From Gemmatimonadaceae bacterium (GTDB lineage Bacteria > Gemmatimonadota > Gemmatimonadetes > Gemmatimonadales > Gemmatimonadaceae), in the NCBI GenBank assembly GCA_033763905.1, contig JANRJP010000037.1, positions 94,737-158,736 of the forward strand: a stretch of 64,000 nucleotides of DNA, in the 5' to 3' direction. The position numbers and the translations under genes were made by a program. Below, piece after piece: positions 29,885 through 39,489 of this stretch (the first letter of the stretch is position 1; the number at the start of each line of letters is the position of its first letter). The notes beneath the pieces are model-generated. The model was not told the DNA's origin, did no database searches, and was given only the letters and a program-made list of their open reading frames with translations.

Positions 29885-30011
29885 TCAAGAAAGATCGCAG
29901 ACGAATGAGTGGAAATCAATGCGCGACAACGACTTGCGCCCCACGTTTCGCGTCGCCGAATAGCACCGCTGCGCAGTGCGACTTCGGCGACTCCTGCCGA
30001 TACTCCCCGCA

Positions 30012-31523
30012 ATGCGCTCCTCTGCCGTTCCAGGCATCGCCTCTGCCGCGTCCCGCCCCCGGGATCGAATTCCGCTCGACCAGGCGATTCCCGCGCTCCG
30101 GGCGCGCCTGGAGGAAGTGCAGCGCGCGCTGGCGGGCGGTGCCCCGCCGACCCCACCGGCGGGCTTCGGGGCGGTGCCCGACACCCCGCCATCTCGCCGA
30201 GAGCGTGCCCTGCTGGTGCAGTTCGCGTGGACGGTCTACACGGTGACGGCTGGTCGTCCGCCCGCGCCGAAGCCGCCCGAGGAATGGCCGTGGCGACTCA
30301 ATGTGCTCGTCCCACTCTCGCAGCGACGCCCGGACCTGCTGCCGGCGCTCGCGCGGCTGGTGGATCGCGTGCTCACGGCCCCACCAATGGCGCCGCTACC
30401 GTCGGTCGCCGGTTTCGAGGAGTTGCTGCGCCGCGCCGCCCGGATGGCCGGCGATCGCCAGGCAACCACACCGCCCGACGGCATCGAGGCGACCCTCGCC
30501 CGCTCCGCCACGAACGGCGTGACGGTCGCAATCGACTTCCATCCCCGCGACCCGGAGCCGGTGCCCAGCGTCCTCGCACGACTCCGGCTGCTGGCCGGTG
30601 TGCTGGTCTCGGCCGAGCCCGCGGACGCCCCTGAGCGTCGACGGGCGTTGTTTCGCCTCGGGTGGACCGGATGGGAGCGACTCTGGGCTGCGCCGCCCTA
30701 CCGCCACGACACGCCATACGTCCTGCACGTGGGCTCGACCGACCCGCTGCCATCGCTCGCTGACAAGCGACCGGACGTCCCGCTGGGGCTCGTGGCGTTG
30801 CTCGAAGACCTCCTCGATCAGCGACCCGTCGCACTCACCCCCTCGGTGCGCGAGGTCGCCGCGCGACTGGACGCGATCGCCATCGCGCCCGACGCGTTCG
30901 ACACGTCGCACGACGCGGCGTGGGAGGTCGCCCACCAGGACGCGGCGCACACGGCACCGGCCACATCTTCCGTGCGCACCGTCGCTGCGGTGGCCGCGGC
31001 GGAAGCCGAGCGCGTGCTCGACGGCCTGATCGCCCTTGGAGCCATCCGTGCCGGGCCGAGCGCCGCCCACGCCCGATCCCTCGACGAGCGTATCGCGGTC
31101 GCCGGCCTCGCGTGGACCGTGTATCGCGCGCTCGCGGGAGGGCCGCCGGTGCAGTCCGACGATGTCCCGAACGCGCGCTACGTGCCGCTCGCCGATCTGC
31201 GTCGAGACGTTCCCGCGTCGCTTCTGGCGGTCGTCGATGGTACGCTCGCCCCCACGATTCCGGGAACCATTCCCGGCGTGGCCGCGTGGCTCGCCGCGCT
31301 GCGCGGCGCCGAAACCAGCGAGGCACCAGAGGACGGAAGCGATGCGACGCCGACGCTCGAGACCGAGGAACTGCCGCCCTCGCCGTCGCGGGACGCGGAC
31401 AGACCGCTCCGCGCACGCCGACGGATTCGACTGCTGCCGGAGGCCGAGCCGGCGCCCCGCTGGCCGTGGGTCGCGAGCCTTGCCGTCGTGGTGGTCGTGA
31501 GCGCCCTCGCATTGCTGCGCTAG
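30012..31523 (+). CDS. Hypothetical membrane-anchored protein with three degenerate protein-kinase C-lobe-like repeats
   Basis: Only long ORF filling the gap; three internal repeats; C-terminal hydrophobic segment; start 29976 or 30012. Confidence 0.65.
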   Translation: MRSSAVPGIASAASRPRDRIPLDQAIPALRARLEEVQRALAGGAPPTPPAGFGAVPDTPPSRRERALLVQFAWTVYTVTAGRPPAPKPPEEWPWRLNVLVPLSQRRPDLLPALARLVDRVLTAPPMAPLPSVAGFEELLRRAARMAGDRQATTPPDGIEATLARSATNGVTVAIDFHPRDPEPVPSVLARLRLLAGVLVSAEPADAPERRRALFRLGWTGWERLWAAPPYRHDTPYVLHVGSTDPLPSLADKRPDVPLGLVALLEDLLDQRPVALTPSVREVAARLDAIAIAPDAFDTSHDAAWEVAHQDAAHTAPATSSVRTVAAVAAAEAERVLDGLIALGAIRAGPSAAHARSLDERIAVAGLAWTVYRALAGGPPVQSDDVPNARYVPLADLRRDVPASLLAVVDGTLAPTIPGTIPGVAAWLAALRGAETSEAPEDGSDATPTLETEELPPSPSRDADRPLRARRRIRLLPEAEPAPRWPWVASLAVVVVVSALALLR

Positions 31524-31553
31524 CGGCCCGCGCGACGCCATCGCGCGCGTCGC

Positions 31554-32768
31554 CTACGCGCGCGCCTTGCGACGATCCTTCAGCCAGTGCTGCGCCGCGT
31601 GCAGCGCGTCGGTGGCCACTTCGGCCGCCGAATGGCCGGTCGCGGCAGCGACGCGCGCCACATCATCGAACTCGGGCTTCGGTCGCTCGCGGCCGTCGGG
31701 CAGGTGGGCCACCTTCACGCGCACACTGTGCCCGAAGCTCTGCACATCGATCATCTCGCGCGGCAGCGCGTCACGGTCCACGCGCTGGCGGCGCACGCCC
31801 AGACTAGTCGTGTGGGTCAACACCATCTGCGCCAGCGATTCCGCGTCCGCGGGGGCGCACAGCACTTCCAACCGCGTCGCGGCGCGTCCCTTCTTCATCA
31901 CGACCGGAACCAGCACGACATCCCGCGCACCGGCGGCGCGGAGCGCGTCGGCGGCAGCAGCGACGAGTTCCGGCGTCTGATCATCGATCTCAGCCGTGAG
32001 CAACATCAGGGATTCGCGCGTGATCGCGGCGCCGAGCGTGGCGTCAGCGACATCGGCGAGAATGAGCCGGAGGACATTCGCCCGATCCGCCAGATCCTTG
32101 GTGCCGGCACCGTAGCCTTGCGCCACGGGCGTGTAGGCCGGCGGCGCCTCGGCGGTCGCCAGCACTTTCAGGAGTGTGGCGCCAGTCGGCGTCGTCAGCT
32201 CGCCCGCACCGGTAGGGCCCGGGACGCAGGGGAAACCGCGGAGCAGCTTCACCGTCGCCGGCGTCGGCACCGGCGTCACGCCGTGTGAAAAATTCACCGT
32301 GCCGTCGCCCACCTGCACCGGTGACGTGAAGACCGCCTCGACTCCGAGCAACGCGAACCCCCAAATGCTCCCGAGGATATCGAGAATCGCATCGACCGCG
32401 CCGACTTCGTGCAGATGCACCTTCTCGATCGTCGAGCCGTGCACCTCGGCCTCCACCAAGCCGAGCGCGGTGAACGCCTCTGCCGCTCGTGACTTCACGA
32501 GCGCCGGCGCATCACTCGCGTCGATCATCTTGAGAATGGCGGGCACGTGCCGGCCGTGCGGCTGCGGCGGAATGTCGAAGTCCACTTTGACGGCGGCAAT
32601 GCCGCGCTTCTTCACGCGCGAGATCCGCGCCGTCACGCCATCGAGGCCGAGGCGCGCCGGCAGCGACTCGACGAACGCGGGGTCGAGCCCGGCGTCAATC
32701 AGCGCACCGAGTGTCATATCGCCGGAGATTCCGGCGACGGGATCCAGCAAGGCAATGCGTCGCGACAT
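31554..32768 (-). CDS. larC: Nickel-pincer cofactor biosynthesis protein LarC
   Basis: GISGDMTLGAL, VHLHEVGAVDAI.DI, PVPTPAT, ELTTPTGA, MKKGR, KPEFDD. Confidence 0.92.
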   Translation of the reverse strand: MSRRIALLDPVAGISGDMTLGALIDAGLDPAFVESLPARLGLDGVTARISRVKKRGIAAVKVDFDIPPQPHGRHVPAILKMIDASDAPALVKSRAAEAFTALGLVEAEVHGSTIEKVHLHEVGAVDAILDILGSIWGFALLGVEAVFTSPVQVGDGTVNFSHGVTPVPTPATVKLLRGFPCVPGPTGAGELTTPTGATLLKVLATAEAPPAYTPVAQGYGAGTKDLADRANVLRLILADVADATLGAAITRESLMLLTAEIDDQTPELVAAAADALRAAGARDVVLVPVVMKKGRAATRLEVLCAPADAESLAQMVLTHTTSLGVRRQRVDRDALPREMIDVQSFGHSVRVKVAHLPDGRERPKPEFDDVARVAAATGHSAAEVATDALHAAQHWLKDRRKARA

Positions 32769-32779
32769 AGATCGGAAAG

Positions 32780-33928
32780 TTACCAGCGGTAGGAGGCGCC
32801 GCTGCCGGTATTGAAGAGCACCACCTCAGCGTCACGCGCCACACGTCCGGCAGCGACCAACTGCTCGAGCACGGCAAGGGCGCAGCCACCCTCGGGCGCC
32901 GCGTCCACACCGCTGGCCGACGCCAGCCGGGCGGTGGCCTCGCGCATCACGTCATCACTCACGGCCGCCGCATCACCACCCGAGGCCCGCAGCACCTGCA
33001 GGACGAGCCGGTCGCCGAGCGGCGACGGCACGCGTAGCCCCGCTGCATAGGTCCGCGGGTCGACCGCCGGCGTCGCCGACGCGTGTCCGCCGTGGAACGC
33101 GGCGGTCAGCGGCGCGCATCCCGCCGCCTGCGCGATCACCATTCGCGGCATTCGAACGTCGGACGGCAGCCAGCCCGCCTCCTGCATCTCGGCGAAGGCC
33201 TTCCAGATGCCGATGGTCCCCTCGCCACCACCGGTGGGATAGACGATCAGGTCGGGCAATCGCCATCCCAATTGCTCGGCGACCTCGTACCCCATCGTCT
33301 TCATTCCTTCGACCCGATACGGCTCGCGCACGGTGGCAATGTTGAACCATCCGTGTTCCTGCGCGTAGGCGTTCGCCAGCTTGCCGCAATCACCGATGTG
33401 GCCCTCGATGGTGACGAGATCGACCCCCATCGCGCGAATGGTCGACAGGATGGGCGGGGGCGTCGTCTCCGGCGCCCAGATGCGCGTCGGAATGCCCGCG
33501 GCGCGCGCGTAGGCGGCCAGCGCGGCTCCCGCATTCCCTGCCGTCGGCACGACCAACCCGGGCACGCCGAGCGCCTTCGCCCGCGTCACCGCCATTGCCA
33601 TCCCGCGCGCCTTGAAGCTTGCGGTCGGGTTGACGCCTTCGTCCTTGATCCACAGGCGCCGGACACCGACCGCGGCGGCCAGCACCGGCACTTCGACCAT
33701 CGGTGTCATCCCTTCGCCCAGCGACACCGGCGCTTCGTCCGTGCCGATCGGCAACACGTCGCGGTAGCGGAACAGCGACCACGGCGCATCCGACGGGCGT
33801 TGGCGCCGCGTCCCCTGCACCGGCACCTGCACCGACACCGGCTGCTGACACGACGGACACAGCCCGGTGAGGACGTGGCCCGGTCCCTGCCACTCGCAGG
33901 CCGAACACTGCAATGACCAACGCGTCAC
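32780..33928 (-). CDS. thrC: Threonine synthase (PLP)
   Basis: LGEGMTP, KDEGVNPTASFKARG, TAGNAG, YPTGGG, FNTGSG. Confidence 0.85.
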   Translation of the reverse strand: MTRWSLQCSACEWQGPGHVLTGLCPSCQQPVSVQVPVQGTRRQRPSDAPWSLFRYRDVLPIGTDEAPVSLGEGMTPMVEVPVLAAAVGVRRLWIKDEGVNPTASFKARGMAMAVTRAKALGVPGLVVPTAGNAGAALAAYARAAGIPTRIWAPETTPPPILSTIRAMGVDLVTIEGHIGDCGKLANAYAQEHGWFNIATVREPYRVEGMKTMGYEVAEQLGWRLPDLIVYPTGGGEGTIGIWKAFAEMQEAGWLPSDVRMPRMVIAQAAGCAPLTAAFHGGHASATPAVDPRTYAAGLRVPSPLGDRLVLQVLRASGGDAAAVSDDVMREATARLASASGVDAAPEGGCALAVLEQLVAAGRVARDAEVVLFNTGSGASYRW

Positions 33929-35811
33929 GATGTTGCTCCTGGCGCCGAGGCATCCTCGGGCGACGTAGCGTCTGGTGGGGGAGCTGTCGGGACCAACCGC
34001 GGAGACGCGGCCAACCCGGCGAGCACTTTCTCGGCGGTCTTCCGGCTGAAGCCGGGCAAGGCCGCAATGGCGTCGACATCGGCGCGACGCACGCCATCGA
34101 GCGAACCGAACGCGGCAAGCAGTTCGCGACGCTTGGCGGGGCCGATGCCGGGAATCTCGAGCAGTTCCGACGTCAACGTCCGCTTGGCGCGCTTGGCCCG
34201 CTGGAACGTCAGCGCAAACCGATGCGCCTCATCGCGTGCCTGCTGCAGCAACCGCAGCGCGGCCGAGCGGCGGGACAACCGGATGCTCTCGCTCCGGCCC
34301 GGCAGAAAGACTTCCTCCTCGCGCTTCGCGAGCGAGATCAGCGGCAAGTCGGCGAGGCCGATCGAAGCCAGGGCATCGCGCGCGGAGCCGAGCTGCCCCT
34401 TGCCACCGTCGATGACGCAGAGGTCCGGCAGCGGCTTGCCTTCCTCGAGGCGGCGCCCGAAGTAGCGACCGACCACCTCGTGCATCGACGCGAAGTCGTC
34501 GATGCCGTCGACGGTCTTCACCGTGAACTTGCGGTACTCACCGCGCCGGGGACGGCCGTTCTCGAACCACACGCAGCTGGCCACCGTGTCCTTGCCCTGC
34601 GCGTGCGAGATGTCGAAGCAGACCAGCGCACGCGGCACCGTGCTCAACCCGAGCTCCCGCTGCAGCTCGTACACGGGATTGGTCGCCCGTTCGTCGGCCT
34701 CGAAGGACGCCAACTTGAACTCCTCCAGCAAATGCCGCGCGTTCTCCTGCGCGAGATCGACGAGTTCGCGCTTGGTCCCGCGTTGTGGCGCGTGCAACCG
34801 CGTGCCGGGGATCGCTTCCTCGATCAGCGCGCGGTCCTCGAAATCGAAGGGCACCAGCAGCTCCTGCGCCCGCTCGGCCGATGGGACGTACTGCCGCACC
34901 AGATACGCCGACAGGATGTCGGCCTCGGACTCGCCCTCGACCTGCTCGAGCAGGCGGTGGTCGCGGGCGAGGAGCTTGCCGCCGCGAATGCGCAGAATGG
35001 CCACGCAGGCATCATCCCCATCGCGCGCGAAGCCCACCACGTCCCGGTCGCCCCCATCGACTTCGAGCACGACGGTGGGTTCCTCCATCTTCTCGAGATG
35101 CCGCAGGGAATCGCGGAGCTCGGCGGCCCGCTCGAAATCCATCTTGGCCGAGGCCTCGAGCATCCGCGCGCGCACCCGACTGACGACTTCGGTGGCGCGA
35201 CCGTCGAGAAAGAGCACGACTTCGTCGATCATCGCGCCATAGTCCTCACGCGTCTGCGCACCGATGCACGGCGCCTTGCAGCGGCCGATATGCCAGTCGA
35301 GGCAGGCGCGGTCGGGCATTTCGCGCGGCATATCGTAGTGGCACGACCGCACGGTGAAGAGGCGCTTGACGACGGTCAGCGCGCGGCGCATCGCGCCGAC
35401 ATCGGTGTACGGCCCGAAGTAGCGCGCCCCGTCGTTGTGCAGCTGTCGCGTGACGATCACGCGCGGGAACGATTCCTGCACCGTGACCTTGATGTACGGG
35501 TACGATTTGTCGTCGCGAAGCGCGATGTTGAACTTCGGCCGATGTTCCTTGATCAGGTTGTTCTCGAGGATCAGCGCGTGCGCCTCGGTCGGCACGACGA
35601 TCGTCTCGACATCCACCGCCGCGCGCATCAGCGCACGCGTCTTCACACTCTCGAGATGCTCCGAGCCGACGTACTGCCGCACCCGCGACCGCAGGCGCTT
35701 GGCCTTGCCGACATAGAGCACGACGCCCGCCGCATCCTTCCACAAATACACCCCGGGCGACTCGGGGAGGTGCGGTAGCTTGGCGGCGATGGCGTCGGGG
35801 ACGGGCAACAC
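33925..35811 (-). CDS. uvrC: Excinuclease ABC subunit C
   Basis: GIY-YIG (PGVY...YVGKA), LRDDKSYPY, CFDISH, DGGKGQ, RDEAHRFA, HhH. Confidence 0.97.
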   Translation of the reverse strand: MLPVPDAIAAKLPHLPESPGVYLWKDAAGVVLYVGKAKRLRSRVRQYVGSEHLESVKTRALMRAAVDVETIVVPTEAHALILENNLIKEHRPKFNIALRDDKSYPYIKVTVQESFPRVIVTRQLHNDGARYFGPYTDVGAMRRALTVVKRLFTVRSCHYDMPREMPDRACLDWHIGRCKAPCIGAQTREDYGAMIDEVVLFLDGRATEVVSRVRARMLEASAKMDFERAAELRDSLRHLEKMEEPTVVLEVDGGDRDVVGFARDGDDACVAILRIRGGKLLARDHRLLEQVEGESEADILSAYLVRQYVPSAERAQELLVPFDFEDRALIEEAIPGTRLHAPQRGTKRELVDLAQENARHLLEEFKLASFEADERATNPVYELQRELGLSTVPRALVCFDISHAQGKDTVASCVWFENGRPRRGEYRKFTVKTVDGIDDFASMHEVVGRYFGRRLEEGKPLPDLCVIDGGKGQLGSARDALASIGLADLPLISLAKREEEVFLPGRSESIRLSRRSAALRLLQQARDEAHRFALTFQRAKRAKRTLTSELLEIPGIGPAKRRELLAAFGSLDGVRRADVDAIAALPGFSRKTAEKVLAGLAASPRLVPTAPPPDATSPEDASAPGATS

Positions 35812-35820
35812 CCCTGCAAG

Positions 35821-37434
35821 TTAGCGCCGACGACGCACGCGGTTCAGGAGTCCGCGGGCCTCCGGCACGGCGAACGCCGCCGTCCCCAGCAGATAGACCG
35901 CGCCGAAGACACCCAGCACGAGCAGCGACCGCACCAGCAACGGCGATGCAGGCGTGGCCGCGGCAACGAGCCACGCGAGCCCTGCCCCCGCGGCTGCGGC
36001 CCCCCACAGTTGGGCCACCAGCGTCGCGGGGAGCCCGACCGCGCCGATCCGCGCGGCAATCGACGCCCGAAGGAGACTGAACTCGACGATCGCGGCCAGC
36101 CCCGCCCCAGCGGTCAGCCCGGCCACGCCCCAGCGGGCGTCGAGTCCCAACGCTGCGCGCACCGGAAAGGCCAACACCAACCCGAGGCCGAGCGTCAGCG
36201 CAACGCGCACCATCGCAAAGCGCATCGGGCGCGCCGTGTCCTTGAGCGCGTACCACGCCGACGCGTACAGCCGGCCCATCGTGCCGGCCAACAGACCGAT
36301 CGACGAGCCGGCCAGAATCATCCACACCCAGGTGGCATCGGCGGTCGTGAAGCGTCCGCCCTGGTAGACCAGCGCCGCAATGTGATCGCCCAAGGCCAGA
36401 AAGGCCGCCGCCGAGGGCACGACGAAAAACGCGACGCGACGGAGGCCGGAGGTGAGGCGGGCGCGAAGGGCCGCCGCCACGGTATCCGCCGCACCAAACT
36501 CGCTCGACATCGCCGGCAACTCGGCCGCCGACACCGACATCCCGAACAGCGACACGGGCAGCATATACAACAACTGTGCGTAGCCCAGCGCGGCCACGGC
36601 CCCGGGTGCCACGAGCGATGCCAGCACGGCGTCGAGCCAGCCGGACAACTGCACTACACCGCGCCCAGTCACCACGGGGCCGAAGCTCCGCAGGACGGTC
36701 TGCACGCCGGGAATCGCGGTCGACAGAGTCAGCCGCATCCCGCGCCCGACGGCGAGCACGCCGGGCAACTGCACGGCCACTTGCAGTACGCTCCCCGCCA
36801 CTGATGCGATCGCTACCACGGTCACGAGCCGCGCTTCACTCACGCGCCCGCCCCAGGTCAGCAGCGCGAGGATCATCGCGGCGTTCCACGCCACCGGGGC
36901 GAGATACGACCACAGAAAGCGCCCGTGGCTGTTGAGCACCCCGATCGCCCACGCCGAGAGCGCCAGCACCGCCGCCCCCGGAAAGAGGATGCGCACGAGT
37001 GTCGTTGCGAGGGCTTGCTTCTCGGGACCGAATCCCGGCGCGAGCACGGCGACGAGCCAGGGGGCCGCCAGCACGCCCAGAAGCACCACGACCGCCATTA
37101 CCAACGAGACCAGCGAAACCACCGCGCCGGCGACCTTGCTCGCGCCCTCTTCGTCTCCCCGCGCGAGCAAGCCGGCATACACCGGCACGAACGACGCGGA
37201 CAGCACCCCCTCGCCGAGCAGATTCTGCAACACGTTCGGCACGCGGAAGGCAAACGCAAACGCATCGGCCGCGTCGCTGTTGCCCAAGTAGTGCGCGAAG
37301 ACGCGTTGCCGCACGAGGCCGAAAATGCGGCTGACCAGAATGCCCGATGCCACGAGCACCGCCCCCACACCCGTGTTGCGGACCCGCGCGAGGCGGTCCG
37401 GCAGCGGGAGCTCCTGCGTGGTCGTCGTCGGCAC
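35821..37434 (-). CDS. murJ: Lipid II flippase MurJ (MviN)
   Basis: SRIFGLVR, DAF..AFRVPN.L..LLGEG..SASFVP; many TM helices. Confidence 0.93.
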   Translation of the reverse strand: MPTTTTQELPLPDRLARVRNTGVGAVLVASGILVSRIFGLVRQRVFAHYLGNSDAADAFAFAFRVPNVLQNLLGEGVLSASFVPVYAGLLARGDEEGASKVAGAVVSLVSLVMAVVVLLGVLAAPWLVAVLAPGFGPEKQALATTLVRILFPGAAVLALSAWAIGVLNSHGRFLWSYLAPVAWNAAMILALLTWGGRVSEARLVTVVAIASVAGSVLQVAVQLPGVLAVGRGMRLTLSTAIPGVQTVLRSFGPVVTGRGVVQLSGWLDAVLASLVAPGAVAALGYAQLLYMLPVSLFGMSVSAAELPAMSSEFGAADTVAAALRARLTSGLRRVAFFVVPSAAAFLALGDHIAALVYQGGRFTTADATWVWMILAGSSIGLLAGTMGRLYASAWYALKDTARPMRFAMVRVALTLGLGLVLAFPVRAALGLDARWGVAGLTAGAGLAAIVEFSLLRASIAARIGAVGLPATLVAQLWGAAAAGAGLAWLVAAATPASPLLVRSLLVLGVFGAVYLLGTAAFAVPEARGLLNRVRRRR

Positions 37435-37443
37435 GGCGCGGGA

Positions 37444-39009
37444 CTACCGTGCGTCGGATGACGTGGGATCGATCAGCGAGGACGCGTGGTCGGCCGCCGC
37501 CGCGCGCAGGGCCAACAGCAGCGGATCGCCGTGTCGAGCCACGAGGGGCGCCCAGCTGAGCGTCCGCTCCTGTCGCCCGCCGTCCGGATGCAGCGCGCCG
37601 AGCACGGTGGCCACGTCGCGCATCAACTGCTGCTCGTGCCGCTTGGTCGCCGCAACGAAGCGCCGCTCCAGCCGATCCAGCTTGTGCAACAACTGCCGCT
37701 CGGCGCCATCGGTCACCGCGTCGGGCAACAGATGCGCGCCGCCTTCCTTCGCCAGCGCCAGCCGCGACGCCACGTCGGTCCGCAGGCCCGCCAGCGCGCT
37801 CTGCACGACCGTGGGCACCGCACGGCGGGCCACCGTCGTCTCGACGACGCCGGGCTGCGTCAACGCGCTCCGGTCGATCGCCAAGCGTTCCAGCAACCGT
37901 TGGATGTGCGGTTCGATCAGTGTCCCCGACCACCGCGGCACGGCCAGCGGCGTCGCCCAGTCGAGGGCCTTCGCGACCGCGCTGACTTGCGCGAAGTACG
38001 CGAGTTCGCCCGGCCCTGCCACGTACGCCACCGTCGGCAGCAACTGGCGCTCGAGCGCCGGGCGCAGCAGCACGGTCGGCGACAGCGACCCTTCGGGGGC
38101 GCGGCGCGCCGCCTCAGCCGCCTCGGTCAGCGCGTAGCGCCGGCGCGTGCCGCCGTCCCACGCCCACACCAGCGACAACTTGTCGACGTCGTGCACCTGC
38201 GGCGCAAAGCCGGCGTCGCGGATCGCCGCGCTTCGCGTGCGTACCGCCTGCGCGACCCCATCGGCTGAGGCCAGCGCGCGTCGCAAGGCCCCACCCGCCG
38301 CGCGCCGTAGCGACTCGTCGTGCGCGTCGAGCACCGGAATGCCCAAGGGCTGCAACACGGTGCGGAGCAGGCCGACGTAGGCGCTCCCCAGCGTGGCCCC
38401 CGCGTGGTGCGCCGCGCGGACCGCTTGCGCGGCCGTAGTGTTCGCGCCGGATGCCGCGCCGTGCAGCACCAGCGTCATCAACTCGCTGACATCGCCGAGC
38501 GGGTAGTCCCCCAGCGCGCGCCCCTCGGCGGCGGCATTCGCCGGCAGCGACAGCCGCCGAAGTCCGCCCGGCAAGGCGATCGCGGCGTGGCGCGCCTCTT
38601 CGAAGTCGGTGTCGTCGGTGGCGGCCCAGAACAGCGGGGCCGCGGGCACGCCGGTCGTGCTCTCGATCGCATCGGCCAACGCCAACGCGGTCAGTGCCTT
38701 GTACAGCGTGTAGAGCGGGCCGCCGAACAAGCCTGGTTGCTGGCCCGTGGTGACCAGGACCCCGTTCTGGTCCACCACCCGCTGCAGGCGAGTCAGGGCC
38801 GTCCCGCCCAACTGCAACGCTTCTTCCAGTGGCCCCAGCCAGTCGCGACGCGCGAACTCTGCGCGCGTCTGCTCCGCCCGCGCGCGCCAGGCGGCGGCCG
38901 AGCGCGGACGCGCCTCGTACCACGGATTCGAGGCATCCTCGGCACATCGGGCAAGCGGACTGCCGCCCAGCGGCTCGGCTGCGACCTGCGGAATCTTCAC
39001 TGGTTGCAC
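37444..39009 (-). CDS. bshC: Bacillithiol biosynthesis protein BshC
   Basis: TGQQPGLFGGPLYTLYKA, FW.ATDDTDFEE, SP.VLLRP, AYVAGPGE.AY..Q, QER. Confidence 0.88.
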   Translation of the reverse strand: MQPVKIPQVAAEPLGGSPLARCAEDASNPWYEARPRSAAAWRARAEQTRAEFARRDWLGPLEEALQLGGTALTRLQRVVDQNGVLVTTGQQPGLFGGPLYTLYKALTALALADAIESTTGVPAAPLFWAATDDTDFEEARHAAIALPGGLRRLSLPANAAAEGRALGDYPLGDVSELMTLVLHGAASGANTTAAQAVRAAHHAGATLGSAYVGLLRTVLQPLGIPVLDAHDESLRRAAGGALRRALASADGVAQAVRTRSAAIRDAGFAPQVHDVDKLSLVWAWDGGTRRRYALTEAAEAARRAPEGSLSPTVLLRPALERQLLPTVAYVAGPGELAYFAQVSAVAKALDWATPLAVPRWSGTLIEPHIQRLLERLAIDRSALTQPGVVETTVARRAVPTVVQSALAGLRTDVASRLALAKEGGAHLLPDAVTDGAERQLLHKLDRLERRFVAATKRHEQQLMRDVATVLGALHPDGGRQERTLSWAPLVARHGDPLLLALRAAAADHASSLIDPTSSDAR

Positions 39010-39027
39010 ACGCTCTCGACTCGTGGA

Positions 39028-39477
39028 CTACTTGTGGTACGGTTCGCCGCGCCGGAGCGTCCCTGCACGGTACAATTGTTCGGTCAGCACCAATCGCGCC
39101 ATCTCGTGCGGCATCGTGAACGGCGCCAGCGACAGCCGCTGCGCCGCTGCCGACAGCACCGTCGGGTCGAGGCCGTGCGCGCCACCGATCAGCAGCGCCA
39201 CATCGCGTGCCGCTTCCTGCCACCCCGTCACCAGCGACGCAAAGGCGCGCGAATCGTACGTCGCACCGCCTTCGGTGCACGCGACCAGCACGGCGCTGCC
39301 GGCCGCCTCACGCAACCGTTCCCCCTCGATCCGCCGCCCCGCGACTGCGTCGCCTTTGCCCTCCTTCACTTCCCGCACCACGAGCGGCCAGTAGCGCACC
39401 GCCCGGGTTTCGTACTCGGCAATTGCCGCCGCCAACGGCGGCCGCGCAGTCCCCACCACGCAGAGCAGGAGCCGCAC
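39028..39477 (-). CDS. rlmH: 23S rRNA m3Psi1915 methyltransferase RlmH
   Basis: IGGAHG, LSL..FTMPHE.ARLVL.EQLYRA.....GEPYHK. Confidence 0.95.
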   Translation of the reverse strand: MRLLLCVVGTARPPLAAAIAEYETRAVRYWPLVVREVKEGKGDAVAGRRIEGERLREAAGSAVLVACTEGGATYDSRAFASLVTGWQEAARDVALLIGGAHGLDPTVLSAAAQRLSLAPFTMPHEMARLVLTEQLYRAGTLRRGEPYHK

Positions 39478-39489
39478 GGCCGCGGACGA

